From: Octopus vulgaris
Taxonomy: Eukaryota
DNA: 64,000 nt
Direction: 5' to 3'
Assembly (NCBI GenBank): GCA_951406725.2
Contig: OX597827.1
Span: 24,428,001-24,492,000 of the forward strand
The position numbers were made by a program, and so were the translations under genes. The notes under the pieces are model-generated. The model was not told where the DNA came from and searched no databases. It saw nothing but the letters and a program-made list of their open reading frames with translations. Positions 12,790 to 26,520 of the stretch are shown in pieces (position 1 is the stretch's first letter; each line of letters begins with the position of its first letter).

Positions 12790-14870
12790 ACAATATGTAC
12801 CACTTTCCTGACGGATAACAAGATATTCCCCCGTGAACAAAAAGGTTGTTAACATGGCTCCTATGGTTGTGGAGACCAACTTTTAATCAATAAAATGGTT
12901 CTTGAGGACTGACATGAACAATGCTAGAATCTTTTTATTGCATGGATTGATTACAAAAAATATACAAAAAACTGTTCAACAACCATTCCTCCATAGCTGG
13001 ATTGAGAAATTCTTGGATATGAATAAAATTTCTCCATTTACTGGTATTTTTATGTTGAATAGCATAAAGCAATAGGTAAGAACTCTTATCATCATCATTG
13101 TTCGACTGTGGTCGAGACAATAGAATTTACTATGTTACGCCAGACTTCATGGTCCATCATGGCATTATGGAGGTCCTGTTGCTGGATGCCTGTATCCCTG
13201 GAAATTACATCAAGGTAGGAGAGTGTGTGCCCTCTGGTATCATGAGCAGATGGCTTCCAGAGGAGAAGAGTAGAAATTACCTCGTTTTAAGCTCTACAAC
13301 AATGTCCAGCAAACTGGACTCTTCTCCCTTTCACAAGATGATACAGGTAGTAGTTTCCTATATATTTGTACTTTGGTTGGATGATGCTTCCATGAGAGAT
13401 TTTGAGCTCTCATAAGGAGGCGAGTGTAAATTCCATCCAATCGCCTCTCAAGCTTCTTTGATAATGTCCAGGTTTCTGAGCCATATAGTAGAATTGGTTT
13501 GACCGTGGCTTTGAAGATTTTAAGTTTGTAATCTCTACTTAGATTTGATGACCAGATCTTATGCATATCATTACAGGCTGACCAGGCCATACCCTTTTTA
13601 GTTAGAAAATCTTTTCCAGATGATGATATGTATAACAAGTTCTATGAACGCTGGTGACACAGATGTAAACTGCAGCATCTCTCAAAGTGATTCTCTGTTA
13701 CCATTACTCTTTTGAATGAGTTCTTTCTCTCCTAAGTAATCTGCTGATTAACCAATCATTGACAGGTCACATTTGTATCAAGAATCACTGGGGCCTTGTA
13801 GGATATTTGTCAAGCAATGCCTTACTTCTCCATCTATTTTGCAGCTCTGAGAGTCCCTTTTGTGTGGTTTGTGTTTTTACCAGTTTCGTCTATCACATTA
13901 AGTTCTTCTCTTTCATCAAGCTTCTCTTCACTCTCGTTCATATATACTCTGTACATGATACAGAATATATAAAGGACAACTCAATCACCTCCTTTACACA
14001 TGGATGATCCAAAACTTTATGAAAGATGGTCAACAACTGAAATGACTTTTAATTGTGGTAAACCAGTTCAGTTTGGAATGGTGTTTGACTTTCATAAATG
14101 TGCTAAAGCCACATTCTTTAAGTGAAAGACTCCTAAAAACAAACAATATAGAGATAGACAAGTCTACCGACATCAAGGATTTAAAATCTGGAAAAACATT
14201 ACCAATATTTAGGGGTATGTGAAAGGGATGGGCATCCAGCAAAAAAAAAACAAACAAAAAAAAACAGAAAGAATATTATTGTAGAACTAGAGCTACCCAA
14301 AAGAATAAACAGGATTGATGCAATCAATATCTTAGCTGTTGTGACCTTCAGCATAAAATGCAGCATAAAAGGGGCCATCTGTGGGATCAATAAAATTGAT
14401 AATTATACATGGTCCTCACAGTGCATCACTTATATAACTGAAAGGCAAATGTAGAAAGACTATACATCCTAGAAAAGGGTGGAGGACATGGACTGATGCA
14501 GCTGCAACTGTCTCTAAAGCTAGCAACCAAAGAGGGAGAGACCTGTCTAAAGAACGCCAGTGGCTGGATACTTAAACTTGTCTGCAAATTATGAAAGTTC
14601 CCAAAGAGAGTTCTCAGTATGAGAAGAAACAAAGAAGTATGCAAAGAAATTAAAAATGAACGAGACTGAGGAGAGACTTAATGAAAGAGATTAATGAAAG
14701 AGAAGAAGCAACTGTGATAAAGGAAACTGATAAAAACACAAACCAAATGGAATCTCAGAGCTGCAAAATAGATGGAGAAGGCATTGCTTGACAAATATCC
14801 TACAAGGACCAGTGATCCTTGATACAAATATGACCCACTCAGGATCTGTGTCTGCCCACCACAAACTGCC
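12790..14870. mobile_element. Decayed fragments of an older R4/Dong-like LINE in both orientations
   Basis: EQKG...GCGDQLLINKMVLED...AWIDYKK at about 12830-12960 (+); KANVERLYILEKGGGHGLMQL at about 14440-14510 (+); 13780-13920 is a diverged inverted copy of 14690-14835. Confidence 0.7.
13110..13630 (-). mobile_element. LINE (RTE-like) C-terminal fragment
   Basis: KGMAWSACNDMHKIW...KLKIFKATVKPILLYGSETWTLSKK resembles the RT thumb region of RTE-group LINEs. Confidence 0.75.
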
Positions 14871-14972
14871 AAGAAAGGATCATAAAAATGGTGCTGATCC
14901 TGCCTGCCAGACTATCACCCACCCCGAAAATTTCAGGCCTTGTGCCCATAGCAGAAAGGATTATTATTATTA

Positions 14973-15069
<97 letters not shown>

Positions 15070-15372
15070 AGCACGTTATCAAAGTGATGCTGGGGTACAA
15101 ATATATGAAGCCCAATATCTTGACTACCCATCTGATAAGGGTACACCAAGCACATGCATCACAACCATATGTACACAACATGGTGATCCAATATCATAAT
15201 AAATAGTTTAAGTATCCAGCCACTGGCGTTCTTTAGACAGGTCTCTCCCTCTTTGGTTGCTAGCTTTAGAGACAGTTGCAGCTGCATCAGTCCATGTCCT
15301 CCACCCTTTTCTAGGATGTACACTCTATCTACATTTGCCTTTCGGTTATATAAGTGATGCACTGTGAGGACC
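14411..15372. repeat. 168-bp inverted duplication (14411-14578 and 15205-15372)
   Basis: Four mismatches counted by eye in 168 bp. Confidence 0.9.
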
Positions 15373-16746
15373 TTGCAAGTAGGAATTAGTTAGAATTTTC
15401 TAACTCAAGCTGAACTCTGCTCCACAGCAGAAGTGTTAAGGCTGCTCTCCCCGATGAAGAGGGGTGGCCTGCAAGGGTCCTGTGCTGGTGTTATGTAAAC
15501 AGCACTTATGCTGGTCCTGTGTAAAAGCAACTGTGCAGTGCCACATTACGAGAACCCAACACACACTGTAAAGTGGTTGGCATTAGGAAAGGCCCTCAGC
15601 TGTTGAAAAACCAAGCCAAATCACACAAGAACCTGGTGTAGCCCCTCCAGCTTGCCAGCTCTGGTCAATCTGTCCAACCCATGCCAGCATGGAAAACAGA
15701 TGTTAAATGATTATCATTATCATTATTATAATTATTCATTGTTTAACATCCGCTTTTCCTGCTGGCATGGGTTGGATGGTTTGACTGAGGGCTGGTGAGC
15801 CAGAGGCTGCACTAGGCTCAATCTCATCTGACAAAGTTTCTGCAGCTGGATGCCCTTCCTAATGCCAACCACTCCGAGAGTGTAATAATAAGGCAGTGAG
15901 CTGGCAGAATCATTAGCACGCTGGTGACATTTTGTCCATTTTTATGTTCTGAGTTCGAATTGTGCTGAGGTCAACGTTGCTTTTTATCTTTTCAGGGTCG
16001 ATAAAATAAGTACCAGCCGAGCATCAGGGTTGATGTAATCAACTTATCCTGCCCGCCCGAAATTGCTGGCCTTGTGCCAAACTTTGCAATCATCATCATC
16101 ATCATCATTATTATTATTATTATTGGTATCGATATTATTTGTATTTTCAGTCTTTTTCTAATTTGTCTGAGTGGTGTCCCTCTTACCCATCACCCTTGAG
16201 GCAAATAGATGAATTCTTATCCTCCTCCTCCTCCTACGACTAAATATTAATATTTTTGTTTTTTATTTGCCCAGAAGGCAATGGATGGATTCCGAATGCA
16301 ATTTACATTATCATAAAGTAAAATAAACAAACCAAAAAAAGAAAAAAAAACAATAGCAAAACCAACAACAAAAAAAAACCCTGCATCAGTCTTTAATAGA
16401 AGCAGTTTTATTTATATTTTTTTTATTTTTATAGAATTATTTTTTTTGTTATTTCATTATTTTATTTTTATTCTTATTTCTTTATTCGTGCCAAGTTAAT
16501 AGAATAATGTGAGATTAAAGCACATTAAGGCAGACAATAGAAAATATGGTCATGTAGAAAAACAGGAATTGTAATATAGGTTTGTTGCATGTTTTAACAG
16601 AGTTTCCAGCTTCACTTCCACAGTTTAACAGTAGCAGCAGCAGCAGTAGTACTAGTAGTAGTAGTAATACTAGCAGTAGTATTTGTATTAAATAGTTGTA
16701 GCAGCAATTCTAATAACAGTAGTAGTGGTAATTGTTGCAGTTATGA

Positions 16747-16782
<36 letters not shown>

Positions 16783-16861
16783 AAATATTATCATCATCAT
16801 CATTATTATCATTATTAGCATTATTATTATTATTATTGAGTGAGAGAGCAGTGCATGCCAT

Positions 16862-18868
16862 ATTATTATTATTAATATTCAGTAGTTTTATTTTTATAGC
16901 GTGCTTTCACTTCACTACCGAGCGCAGCTCTGTGTGCCTTGGGTATGTGCTGTGATTTGTTGTGATGCTCTGATGGTTATTGTATGGAAAGCGTTCTGCG
17001 TAGGATGTGTGCAGTGCCTAGTAGTGCAATTTTCTGTATGTTTTTGTTATGTATTTGTCTGAATATTTTTTTATCATGCCTAATGCACCTACTATGATAG
17101 GAATTGTTTCTGTTTTTAGATTCCACATTCTGGTTACCTCTATTTCCAGGTCTTTGTATTTTGAGAGTTTCTCCATTTCTTTTAGAGACACGTTGTCATC
17201 AGCCGGTATTGATACATCAATTAGAAAGCATTTTTTTTCTTCATGATCTTTGACAACTATATCTGGTCTGTTGGCCTTAATTTCTATATCTGTGTGTATC
17301 GGCATATCCCAGAGTATGGTTGCTTTCTCGTTTTCTGTGACCTTTTCTGGTGTGCCTATACCATCTTTTTTCTGTTGTTATTCCATAATGTTGGTATAGC
17401 TTCCAATGTATGTAGGTTCCAACTCTGTCATGTCTGTGAATATATTCCTTCTTAGCCAGGACTGGGCAGCTAGAGATAATATAATTTATTGTTTCTTGTC
17501 CATCTCCACATATTCTGCAGTTACTTGTTATATTTCTTTTCATTACATGTTTTTGGTAATTTCTGGTGGGGAGGCTTTGGTCTTGTGCTGCAATTAAAAA
17601 TCCCTCTGTTTCTGCTTTGAGTCCTGAGCTTCTCAACCATTGCTGGGATTTTTCTTTGTCTATTTCTTTTGCGTTTAGTTTAGTCCAGTATTTACCATGA
17701 AGGGGCTTTTCTTGCCATCGTTTTATCATGGTTCGTTGCTGTTCTAGATTTAGTTTGGATTTCATTTGTTTTATAGCTTTTGTTGTTTTTTCTTCTTCTT
17801 CTTCTTCTTCTTCTTCTTCTTCTTCTTCTTCTTCTTCTTCTTCTTCTTCTTCTTCATATTTATTAGGTGGTATGATTTCTTGTTTGTATTTGTCAGCTTC
17901 CTTAAATACTGAGAACAGTTTTTTGTTTTGCTCGTGTTTTGCCGCTATTTGTATCAGTTTTCCTTCCTTCTGAAGTAGATATTTTTGCAGTCCTATGGTG
18001 GTCATTTTATAGTAGTTTTCCAGTTGTATAAGGCCTCTACCACCTTCTATACGTTGTATATATAGTCTTTCTATGTCAGATTTTGGGTGATGCATCCTAG
18101 ATCCTGTCATTATTTTTCTTGTTTTCCTATCTATTTTGGGCAGTTCATTTAGTGTCCAGTTAAGGATACTGTAGCTGTAACTTATAACTGGGACAGCTAA
18201 AGTGTTAATACCTATTATCTTGTTTTTAGCATTGAGCTCTGTTTTTAGTATTGATCTAACTCGTCTATAATATTCTTTTTTTATTTTCTCTTTCATTTGT
18301 GTGTGTTGTGTCTTATCTAGTTCATGGATTCCTAAGTATTTGTAAGTTTGGCTTTGGTCTAATTCTTTTATTTCATTGGTTTTATCTAGTGTGATGTTGC
18401 TACTCTTAACTAGTTTTCCTCTTTTCAGGGTTACTTTGGCGCATTTTTCTAATCCAAATTTCATATCTATTTCTTTGGTAAATCCATGAACTGTCTTTAA
18501 TAGTGTTTCCAGCTGTTTGTCATTTGCAGCGTATAGTTTTAGGTCATCTATATATAAAAGGTGGCTGATCGTTTTGCCATAACATTTATATCCGCATCCA
18601 GTTCTATTTAGCATATCAGATAGGGGTGACAGTGCCAAGCAGAAAAGGAGTGGAGAGAGCGTGTCTCCCTGGAATATTCCTCTTCTAATGGGGATGTATT
18701 TGGTTTTCATGAGTCCCTCTTTTGTTTGGAGCTGTAGCACTGTTTGCCATTTATTCATAGAGTGCCCTATGAATTTTATGATTGTTGGTGCTACTTTGTT
18801 AATGGCTAGTGTTTCGAGGATCCATGTATGGGGGATGCTATCAAACGCCTTTTTGTAGTCGATCCAGC
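16862..18868 (-). mobile_element. 5'-truncated non-LTR retrotransposon with RT and restriction-like endonuclease (R4/Dong-like), frameshifted
   Basis: Frame starts at WIDYKKAFDS, then GIFQGDTLSPLLF, LLYIDDLKLY, a degenerate zinc knuckle (CRICGDGQETINYIISSC) and RLE motifs RPDIVV...LIDVSIP...KLSKY...PIIVGALG. Frameshifts near 17350 and 17040; stop at 16977-16979; (TAA)n tail; 39-bp direct flanking repeat at 16823-16861 and 18869-18907. Confidence 0.93.
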
Positions 18869-19179
18869 ATTATTATTATTATTGAGTGAGAGAGCAGTGC
18901 ATGCCATCAAAGTGACACAGGGAAAGAATTATACAAAGCCCAGTATACCCATCATGACTACCTGTCTGATAAGCGTACACCAGGCACATGCATCACAACC
19001 ATATGTGCATGACATAGTGATCTCATTTAAAGATAAACAGTGCATGACCTTACAGGTAGGGGCCCAGTTAGAATTTTCTTCAGGTTGTGTAGCCCATCCT
19101 GCTCAAAAGGTCCCTGAATAAGGTTTATTTAGGAATGATGAATGGTTGTTGTTGTTCTTCTTCTACTACTTCTTCTTAT

Positions 19180-19218
19180 TAGCAGCAGTAGTTGTAGCAT
19201 TAGTAGTTGTATTAGTAA

Positions 19219-19293
<75 letters not shown>

Positions 19294-19540
19294 CAGTAGT
19301 AGTAGTAGTAGTAATAGTAGCAGTAGTAGTAGAAGTAGTAGTAGCAGTAGTAGTAGAAGAAGTAGTAGTTAGTAGTAGTAATAGTAGTAGTAGCAGTAGT
19401 TGTAGTAGAAGTAGTAGTAGTAGTAGTAGAAGCAGCAGCAGCAGCTGTAGCAGTAGTAGTAGTAATAGTAGTAGTAGCAGTAGTTGTAGAAGTAGTAGTA
19501 GTAATAGTAGTAGTAGTAGTAGTAATAGCAGTAGTAGTTA
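19180..19540. repeat. (AGT/AGC)n microsatellite
   Basis: Directly visible. Confidence 0.95.
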
Positions 19541-19841
19541 TAGTTCTGACTGTTGTAGAAGGGTGGTGACAGTGGCAGTGTTAGTTGTGGTGGTGGTTGA
19601 GACGATGGTTTGGTGGTAGTGGTGGTGGTGTTGTCGCAGTAACAATACTTAAACAGTATGGTGGAAATGTTAGTCGTGATGGTGGTTGTGGTTGCTATAG
19701 TAATGGTATAAAGATTCTGGCTGTAGTTTGATGGAAATAGTTACAGTAGCCATAAAGTGGTAGTTTAGACTAAAGTAGAGTGGTGGTTATCGTTATTGTA
19801 GTATAGGTTCTAGTCTCATCTGTTGTACAGTAATGTCTTTA

Positions 19842-20315
19842 CGAGGGGGTGGGGCTGGAAAGTTCCTGGCTTTGGGCAAAAGAAAATAGAGGAGGGTCAG
19901 TTATGATCTTGGAGTAAAGGTTGTTTGCCAACATAACATGGCAGTCATGGTTTAGGACGAATGTTGCTGTAATTTAGCCCCAGGAGACATCGTCTCCAGC
20001 TGGCTATACGACACGATCTGTGTCCTTATATTTTTGAACAAGGGAATCTAGCACCCCCACTCAGCTATTGTTTTGAGTTGAGTGGGGGTTGGCAAACAAT
20101 CTTTCCTCCAAAGTACTGTTGCTGAATGTCCCTCGTTGTGAGGTTTAAAAATAGTAATTTTCTAATTATGATTTATCAAACATTTCCCCTTCTCAGATTC
20201 TCAGATTGCTGTGGTCCTTTGGTTTTTCTAAGCCCTGTAAAAGAACTTGGAAGGTTGGGTCTCCAGCCAGGCCTTTCGGGATTCCCTTAAAGCCAGGAAC
20301 TTTTCAACACCCTCA
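19842..20315. mobile_element. Mariner-like non-autonomous element with a probable nested insert
   Basis: TA flanks and imperfect TIRs (GAGGG...GAAAGTTCCTGGCTTT / AAAGCCAGGAACTTTTCAACACCCTC). Confidence 0.65.
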
Positions 20316-20793
20316 TAGATTACACAAAACTGCAGTAGTGGTTGCTGTGGTGGAAGAGAAGCTGATCAAGCACAGGTATTGAACCTGGAACAGAGGATCT
20401 ACAGCACATACTCCTGTGAAGGCTCGTGGTTTAGTGGTTAGGGTGTTGGACTCATGATTATAAGATTGTGGCTTCAATTCCTGATTGTAAGATTGTGGTT
20501 TCAATTTATGCATTGTGTTCTTGAGCAAGACACTTCATTTCACATTGCTCCAGTCCACTCAGCTGGTCAAAATGAGTGACCCTGCAAGGGACTGGTGTCC
20601 CATCCAGGTGGGGAAGATACATGCCATGAAATTGGCTCATATGACTCCGGTATAACTCGAGAAGGTAAGCTTTACAGTTAGGCACTTTTAAGATCCTCTC
20701 CCATCTGCACTGTCTTCATTTTGAAAAAAAAAAATCTCACTTGGTTGACCCTCCTCCTGATGACGATGACGATGATGATGATGATTGTCATCG

Positions 20794-20828
<35 letters not shown>

Positions 20829-21985
20829 GTCACCATCACCTAACATGTTTCCCATGCTGGTATGAGTTAGATCAGTGATTCTCAACAAGGGTCCATAGCG
20901 ACCCTTGGTGGGTGGGGTGGGGCGGCCCATGTCAGATTTTGTTGCTAAAATTTTGGAGCCGTAAAATTATTTTTACTTCTACAATACACAAAACATTTCA
21001 ACAATTCTGTTTTTTATAAAATTCCTAAGAATATTTTTAATTATAAAAACATAACAAGAAGATTCCTTAAACATTGAATGGCTTTAGCGGTCTAGTTGAG
21101 CAAAACAGGAATCAAAGGGGTCCATAGACAAAAAGGAGTCAAGGACTACTGGGTTGGCAAGACCTGGAGACCCACAGGGTTGCCTTGAGTTCCACTGTCT
21201 GATTTGGGATGGTTTCTACAGCTGGGTGTGTCCTTCCTGATGCTAATCACTCTACAGACTGCACTTGGTGCTTTTTATGTGGCACCTGCACTAGTGAGGT
21301 TGCCAAGTACATGGAAGAACTAGAAAAAGGTAAAAAAGGGGGGGGGCAAAGGAAAGTGGTGGGGAAAGGGAAAAGACCCTTGACTGAATGGAGTAGGTTT
21401 GGGGGCATTTGAGAAGGGGTGGGGAGGTTGCTATTGTTTAGATCACTTTAACTCTTTGTTAACATATTTATACGGAGATATACTATGGACGGTGGGTCTT
21501 TTTCCCTTTATTTTAGAAGCAATAAAGAATAAATCAAAATGTCGTTTGTCATTGTTTAATTTGGTGTTTGGAACATGAAATTTTGGAGGGAGGTTTTAAT
21601 TTAGATAAACTTTAAAACAGGAAGCTCGTAACTTAGGAACAGAGGCAGTTACAATGGGTCGGTGTCAAAAAAAAAAAAAGAAAAAAAGGGGGCCCATTTC
21701 CTCTTCAGGCAAATTTTATCTGCTAATTGCATGGGAAATATCAGTAAACCAAAGTTTTTCAACAATCCCTTTCTTCTAAAGCAAACTAATAAAAAAACAA
21801 GCAAACAAAAATATCATGTTTCCTGTCAACATCTCTTGACATCTGTCAAGAACCCCCCCCCCCCGCACACACATACACACACACACATGCACACACACAC
21901 ACACACACAACATGTTTTCTTTTGTGAGAAATATAAAGAAGCTTCTTAAAACCTTCCACTAAGTGTAATGCTGTCATGAAATTTT

Positions 21986-22260
21986 ATCCATAGCACAATG
22001 ATGAGAGCTAATCCATAGAACTTCTATGAGAGTTAATCCACAGTACTATTATGCGAGCTAATCCATTGCACTATTATGAGAACTAACCCATAAAATTATT
22101 ATGAGAGCTAATCCATAACCATACTATGAGGACTAATCCATAGCAGCACTACTATGAGAGATAAATCATAGCTGTACTATGAGAGCTAATTTGTAGTGTT
22201 GCTATGGGAAATAATCTGTAACACTACTATGGGAGATAATCCATAGCACTATTATAAGAT
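21986..22260. repeat. Degenerate 25-bp minisatellite (ATCCATAGCACTATTATGAGAGCTA), about 11 copies
   Basis: 25-bp periodicity is directly visible. Confidence 0.8.
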
Positions 22261-22263
22261 ATA

Positions 22264-22486
22264 TATTTCTTTACTGCCCACAAGAGGCTAAACATAGAGG
22301 GGACAAACAAGGACAAAGGGATTAAGTTGATTACATCGACCCCAGTGTGAAACTGGTACTTTATTTATTGACCCTGAAAAGATGAAAGGCAAAGTTGACC
22401 TCGGCGGAATTTGAACTCAGAACGTAGCGGCAGACGAAATACCGTTAAGCATTTTGCCCGGCATGCTAACGTTTCTGCCAGCTCAC
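22264..22486 (-). mobile_element. tRNA-derived SINE with Meta-domain-like core (copies 15889-16090, 31299-31517, 39862-40305 tandem pair, 45345-45740, 52138-52379, 54833-55045)
   Basis: GAGCTGGCAGAAACGTTAGC head, GAGTTCAAATTCC B box and a GCCTTTCATC(C/T)TTTC(A/G)GGGTC(A/G)ATAAA core; 15-bp TSD CTATTATAAGATATA (22249-22263, 22487-22501). Confidence 0.8.
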
Positions 22487-23142
22487 CTATTATAAGATAT
22501 AGATGATAGAATTACTATGAAAGCTAATCTGATGTTAGACTGGTCCTTCCCAATCTTTTCACCACCAAGGTTTACTCAGCCATCACTCACAAGTCAGTGT
22601 GATAGATGTAGCATGCTTTTGGTAATTGTTTTGTGCTTCTGTTTTTGTTGTGATAAACAGACAGATATACTCTCTCAGTCCTTCCATCCTTGCCCCAGAG
22701 GAATATCAAGGACATGGCAGGCTGTCCCATCATGCGTCCAGTATTCCTTTCGGCTGAGTAGACTGCAGCTCAACGGGGAGTAAAAAAAAAAAACCATTCT
22801 GTCTGATTCAGGAATTGAACCCAAGACACACAGTGTGTCTAGGGTTACATTATTCAATGAGTTTCTTTCTTTCTTGATGATGATGTGATGATGACAGATA
22901 CAATCTCTAATGTCATGGATGGTGACAATGATGCTGCTGTCGCTGATGATAATGATGAGAATGAGGATGATGACAATGATGATGATGATGATGACGACGA
23001 CGACGATGACAATGATGATGATGATAATGATGATGACAATGATGATGATAATGATGTAAAATATGTTTACAGAATTAAAAAAACAAGTAAAACTCAAACA
23101 GAAAATAAAAGACAAGAGAAAAGGCTGCCCCACCCTCCACAT

Positions 23143-23177
<35 letters not shown>

Positions 23178-23202
23178 GCCAAAGAAAAGTAATGGCACAT
23201 AC

Positions 23203-23301
23203 CTCTGAAGTCTTCTGTTCTTTGAAATAATGTTTAATGGATGGATTCCTGGCAATGTTATGAAGGATGCTGAGTGAAGCTTTGATGATGTAATGAACAT
23301 T
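23203..23301 (-). CDS. ARM-TIR gene internal exon C (NVHYIIKASLSILHNIARNPSIKHYFKEQKTSE)
   Basis: TTTTTCCAG acceptor; GAG|GTATGT donor; 99 nt, phase 0 to 0; ARM helix-3-like SLSILHNIA. This frame is not in the ORF track. Confidence 0.88.
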
Positions 23302-24898
23302 CTGGAAAAAGAAAGAAAAATGGAATCTTTGACTTGTTTTAAGAGGTTTGACATTTTTTTAAGAACCATTCTGCGTCTTTACATGTGTGCAAAAGACTCT
23401 CAAAGATTCGGCTCCAAACTTTGACATACAAGAAAGAATGAAGATAAAGAATTCCTCAAATCTTCAGGAGCCTTTCAGCTGTGCTTTTGACATTCAACCT
23501 TTTCATTACCCTATTTCTGTTGAGGAACTCTGCTTTTATTACAAGTAATTTTCGAAAATAATGAAGGATTTAACTTTGCCATAATTAACCCTTCTGTTAT
23601 ATTTCTATTGAAATTCCTCTGCTTTGATTTCAAGTAATTCTGAAAATAATGAATTTTGAAAAAAAAGGAAAAAACTTGTTTCAGTCATTTGACTGCGGCC
23701 ATGCTGGAGCAACACCTTTAGTCGAACAAATCAACCCCAGGATTTATTCTTTGTAAGCCTGGTACTTATTCTATTGGACTCTTTTGCTGAACTACTGCTA
23801 AGTAACGGGGATGTAAACACACCAAACACTGGTTGTCAAGTGATGGTGGTGGTGGGGGGGACACAAACACAGACATAAAGACTCACAAACATATATACAT
23901 ATATATATATATATCATCATCGTTTAATGTTCGCTTTCCATGCTGGCATGGGTTGGACGATTTGACTGAGGTCTGGCGAACCAGAAGGCTGCACCAGACT
24001 CCAATCTGATCTGTGCCAGTAAGGCGACGCGGATAATGATCCCGCTTGAATGGTGTATTTTATGTGCCATCGGCACAGAGGCCGGCTTGTTGCTCTGGCA
24101 ACAGTCACACTCATATGGTACTCTTAGCGCTCCACTAGCACGGATGCCAGTCATTGAATTTGATTTCGATTTTGATTTCACTTGCCTCAACAGTTCTTCA
24201 CAAGCAGAGTTTAGTGTCCAACGAAGGAAAGTTATGCAGTGGTGCTTTTCCCTGGCATGAACCCAAACTGCGTCTCATCTATATATGGCAGGCTTCTTTC
24301 AGTTTCCATCTACCAAATCCACTCACAATACTTTGGTCAGTCAAAGGCAATAGCAGAAGACACTTTCGCAAGGTGCCATGCAGTGGTACTGAACACAGAA
24401 CCATGTGGTTGGGAAGCAAGCTTCCTACCACACACCCACGCCTGCACCTATAATGAAGAATTTTTGTAGAATATCTTTGTAATAAGCTAATGTTTGGAAC
24501 ACAAATCAGCAGAACCTTTTGATGGAAACTTTAATTTAAATCATTTTCTAAAAAAGTAAGTTTGTAGAACTAGGGATGGTCACAAATGAGCTGCTTATGA
24601 AAAAGATTAAGGGCATACAATTATAAAAGTGCTTTGTAAAATATTTACCAAACTTTACTACAGTTTTTTATTCTGACACTTTTAAAAGGTACTTTGATAG
24701 TTTTTCTTTCTTGTACCTCAGATCAGCCATTTGTAAAAGACTGCAACCAGACTAGATCAGCTTTTTATAACTTGTTGATCCACCAGTTATCAGAATTGAA
24801 CTGGCATAAAAATGGATCAAAACAATACCGGATTCTTGGAAATCCTTAGAGATGTGAAATGGCTGAAAACGAGTAAAAGAATAAAGGAAAGAAAAGAA

Positions 24899-25462
24899 TG
24901 TGTGTGTGTGTGTGTATGTGTGTGTGTGTGTGTTTGTGTGTATATGTGTGTGTATGTGTGTGTCTGTATGTGTGTGTGTGTATGTGTGTGTATGTGTGTG
25001 TATATGTGTGTTTGTGTGTGTGTATGTGTGTGTGTGTGTGTGTATATGTGTGTTTGTGTATGTGTGTGTGTATGTGTGTGTATGTGTGTGTATGTGTTTG
25101 TGTGTATGTGTGTGTATGTGTGTATGTGTGTGTGCCAGTGTTTCTTTGTCTTGACACTGAGTGACAGTTGCAAATGAATGTCATATATGTTTGGCCCTAG
25201 AGGGGAAATATTACCCTACTTGGAAACAGGTGAGGGTTAGCAACAGGAAGAGCATCCAGCTGTAGAAAAGCTGTCTCGGTTATAAATTCTGTTTTACCCA
25301 TGCAAGCATGGGAAAGTGGATCTTATAACAATGATGGTGGTAATTATATATTATATTCAATATATAGGTAAATTTATATCTATCCATACATCTATCTGTC
25401 TTTCTGTTTATTTATCTCTGTCTGTCTGTCTGCCTATCTGTCTGTCTGTTTGTCTATCTATG

Positions 25463-25531
<69 letters not shown>

Positions 25532-25536
25532 GTCTG

Positions 25537-25573
<37 letters not shown>

Positions 25574-25612
25574 TTATCTATCTGTCTATCTATCTGCCTC
25601 TCTCTCTCTCTC

Positions 25613-25645
<33 letters not shown>
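24899..25645. repeat. Two simple-repeat tracts: (TG/TATG)n at 24899-25135 and (TATC)n/(TA)n at 25385-25645
   Basis: Directly visible. Confidence 0.9.
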
Positions 25646-25648
<3 letters not shown>

Positions 25649-26154
25649 TAAGAAAATAGCAACACTCAATATATTTCTAGTAAAGAGCTATTAGTGGAAC
25701 AGGAAAGTTCAGTGCCTCGTTGTCCATGCAACCACATTGCACATCCATTGGAGCATGCTAGTTTCATTTCTTTCTCATCTTCCCAAGTCCTCTCTACTCA
25801 CTCTCCATGTCTCACTACCATGCAGCATTGCAATTCATACACAAGCATCATACAATCTATTTTTCACTCTGAATGAGAAACAGTTTCTTATCAATGAAAG
25901 CAATAGCTCACCGAACTTTCTCCAAACAATACTTTCAGAACATCCACCCCCATTGCTAATTAAGGTAACCTAGGAAACAAGCTATCTACAACCTATAGGG
26001 ATACCCCTGGGTATCTGAGGAAGTTTATTTACCGTATGTATGTATGTATGTATGTATGTATGTATGTATAATGTATGTATGTATGTATAATGTATGTATG
26101 TATGTATGTATGTATGTATGTATGTATGTATGTATGTATGTATGTATGTATGAA

Positions 26155-26520
26155 ATCAAAGCTGCAATTTAAGAACTGTGTCAAGTCCTCATTAAAGGCC
26201 TGTGATATGCAGGAGACTGACTGGAGAGTAATGCCTGTCATCGCCACAGATGGAGGAAGCAGGTTAAGGAGGGGTCGACACTTTTGAGAGAGCACGTATT
26301 CTGCATGAAGAACTTAAGCGTGTTGCTCGAAAGTGCACTGCTTGTGTAGTGAATGGAGGAAAGCTTGGTTTGCAATGTTTGCAGTCGTGTATGCTTGTCA
26401 AGAGCAGGGCTCATTAGCCACCAGCAGAGCCTCAAATGCAAAATATTAGTCCTAGAGCGCACAATGTTCCTGATGGTCAGCAATGGTCTTCCTCGGCCAC
26501 GAGTGGACAGCCATCATCAT
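26155..26520 (+). mobile_element. RTE/BovB-like LINE 3' fragment
   Basis: KLQFKNCVKSSLKACDM...W and a terminal C2H2-like motif CNVCSRVCLSRAGLISHQ, ending in a (CAT)n tail. Confidence 0.72.

Noticed and set aside
24717-24862. Strong minus-strand acceptor (TTTTCAG) with possible donors
   Set aside because: Exons B and C already join in frame; the candidate exons are not frame-preserving or contain stops.
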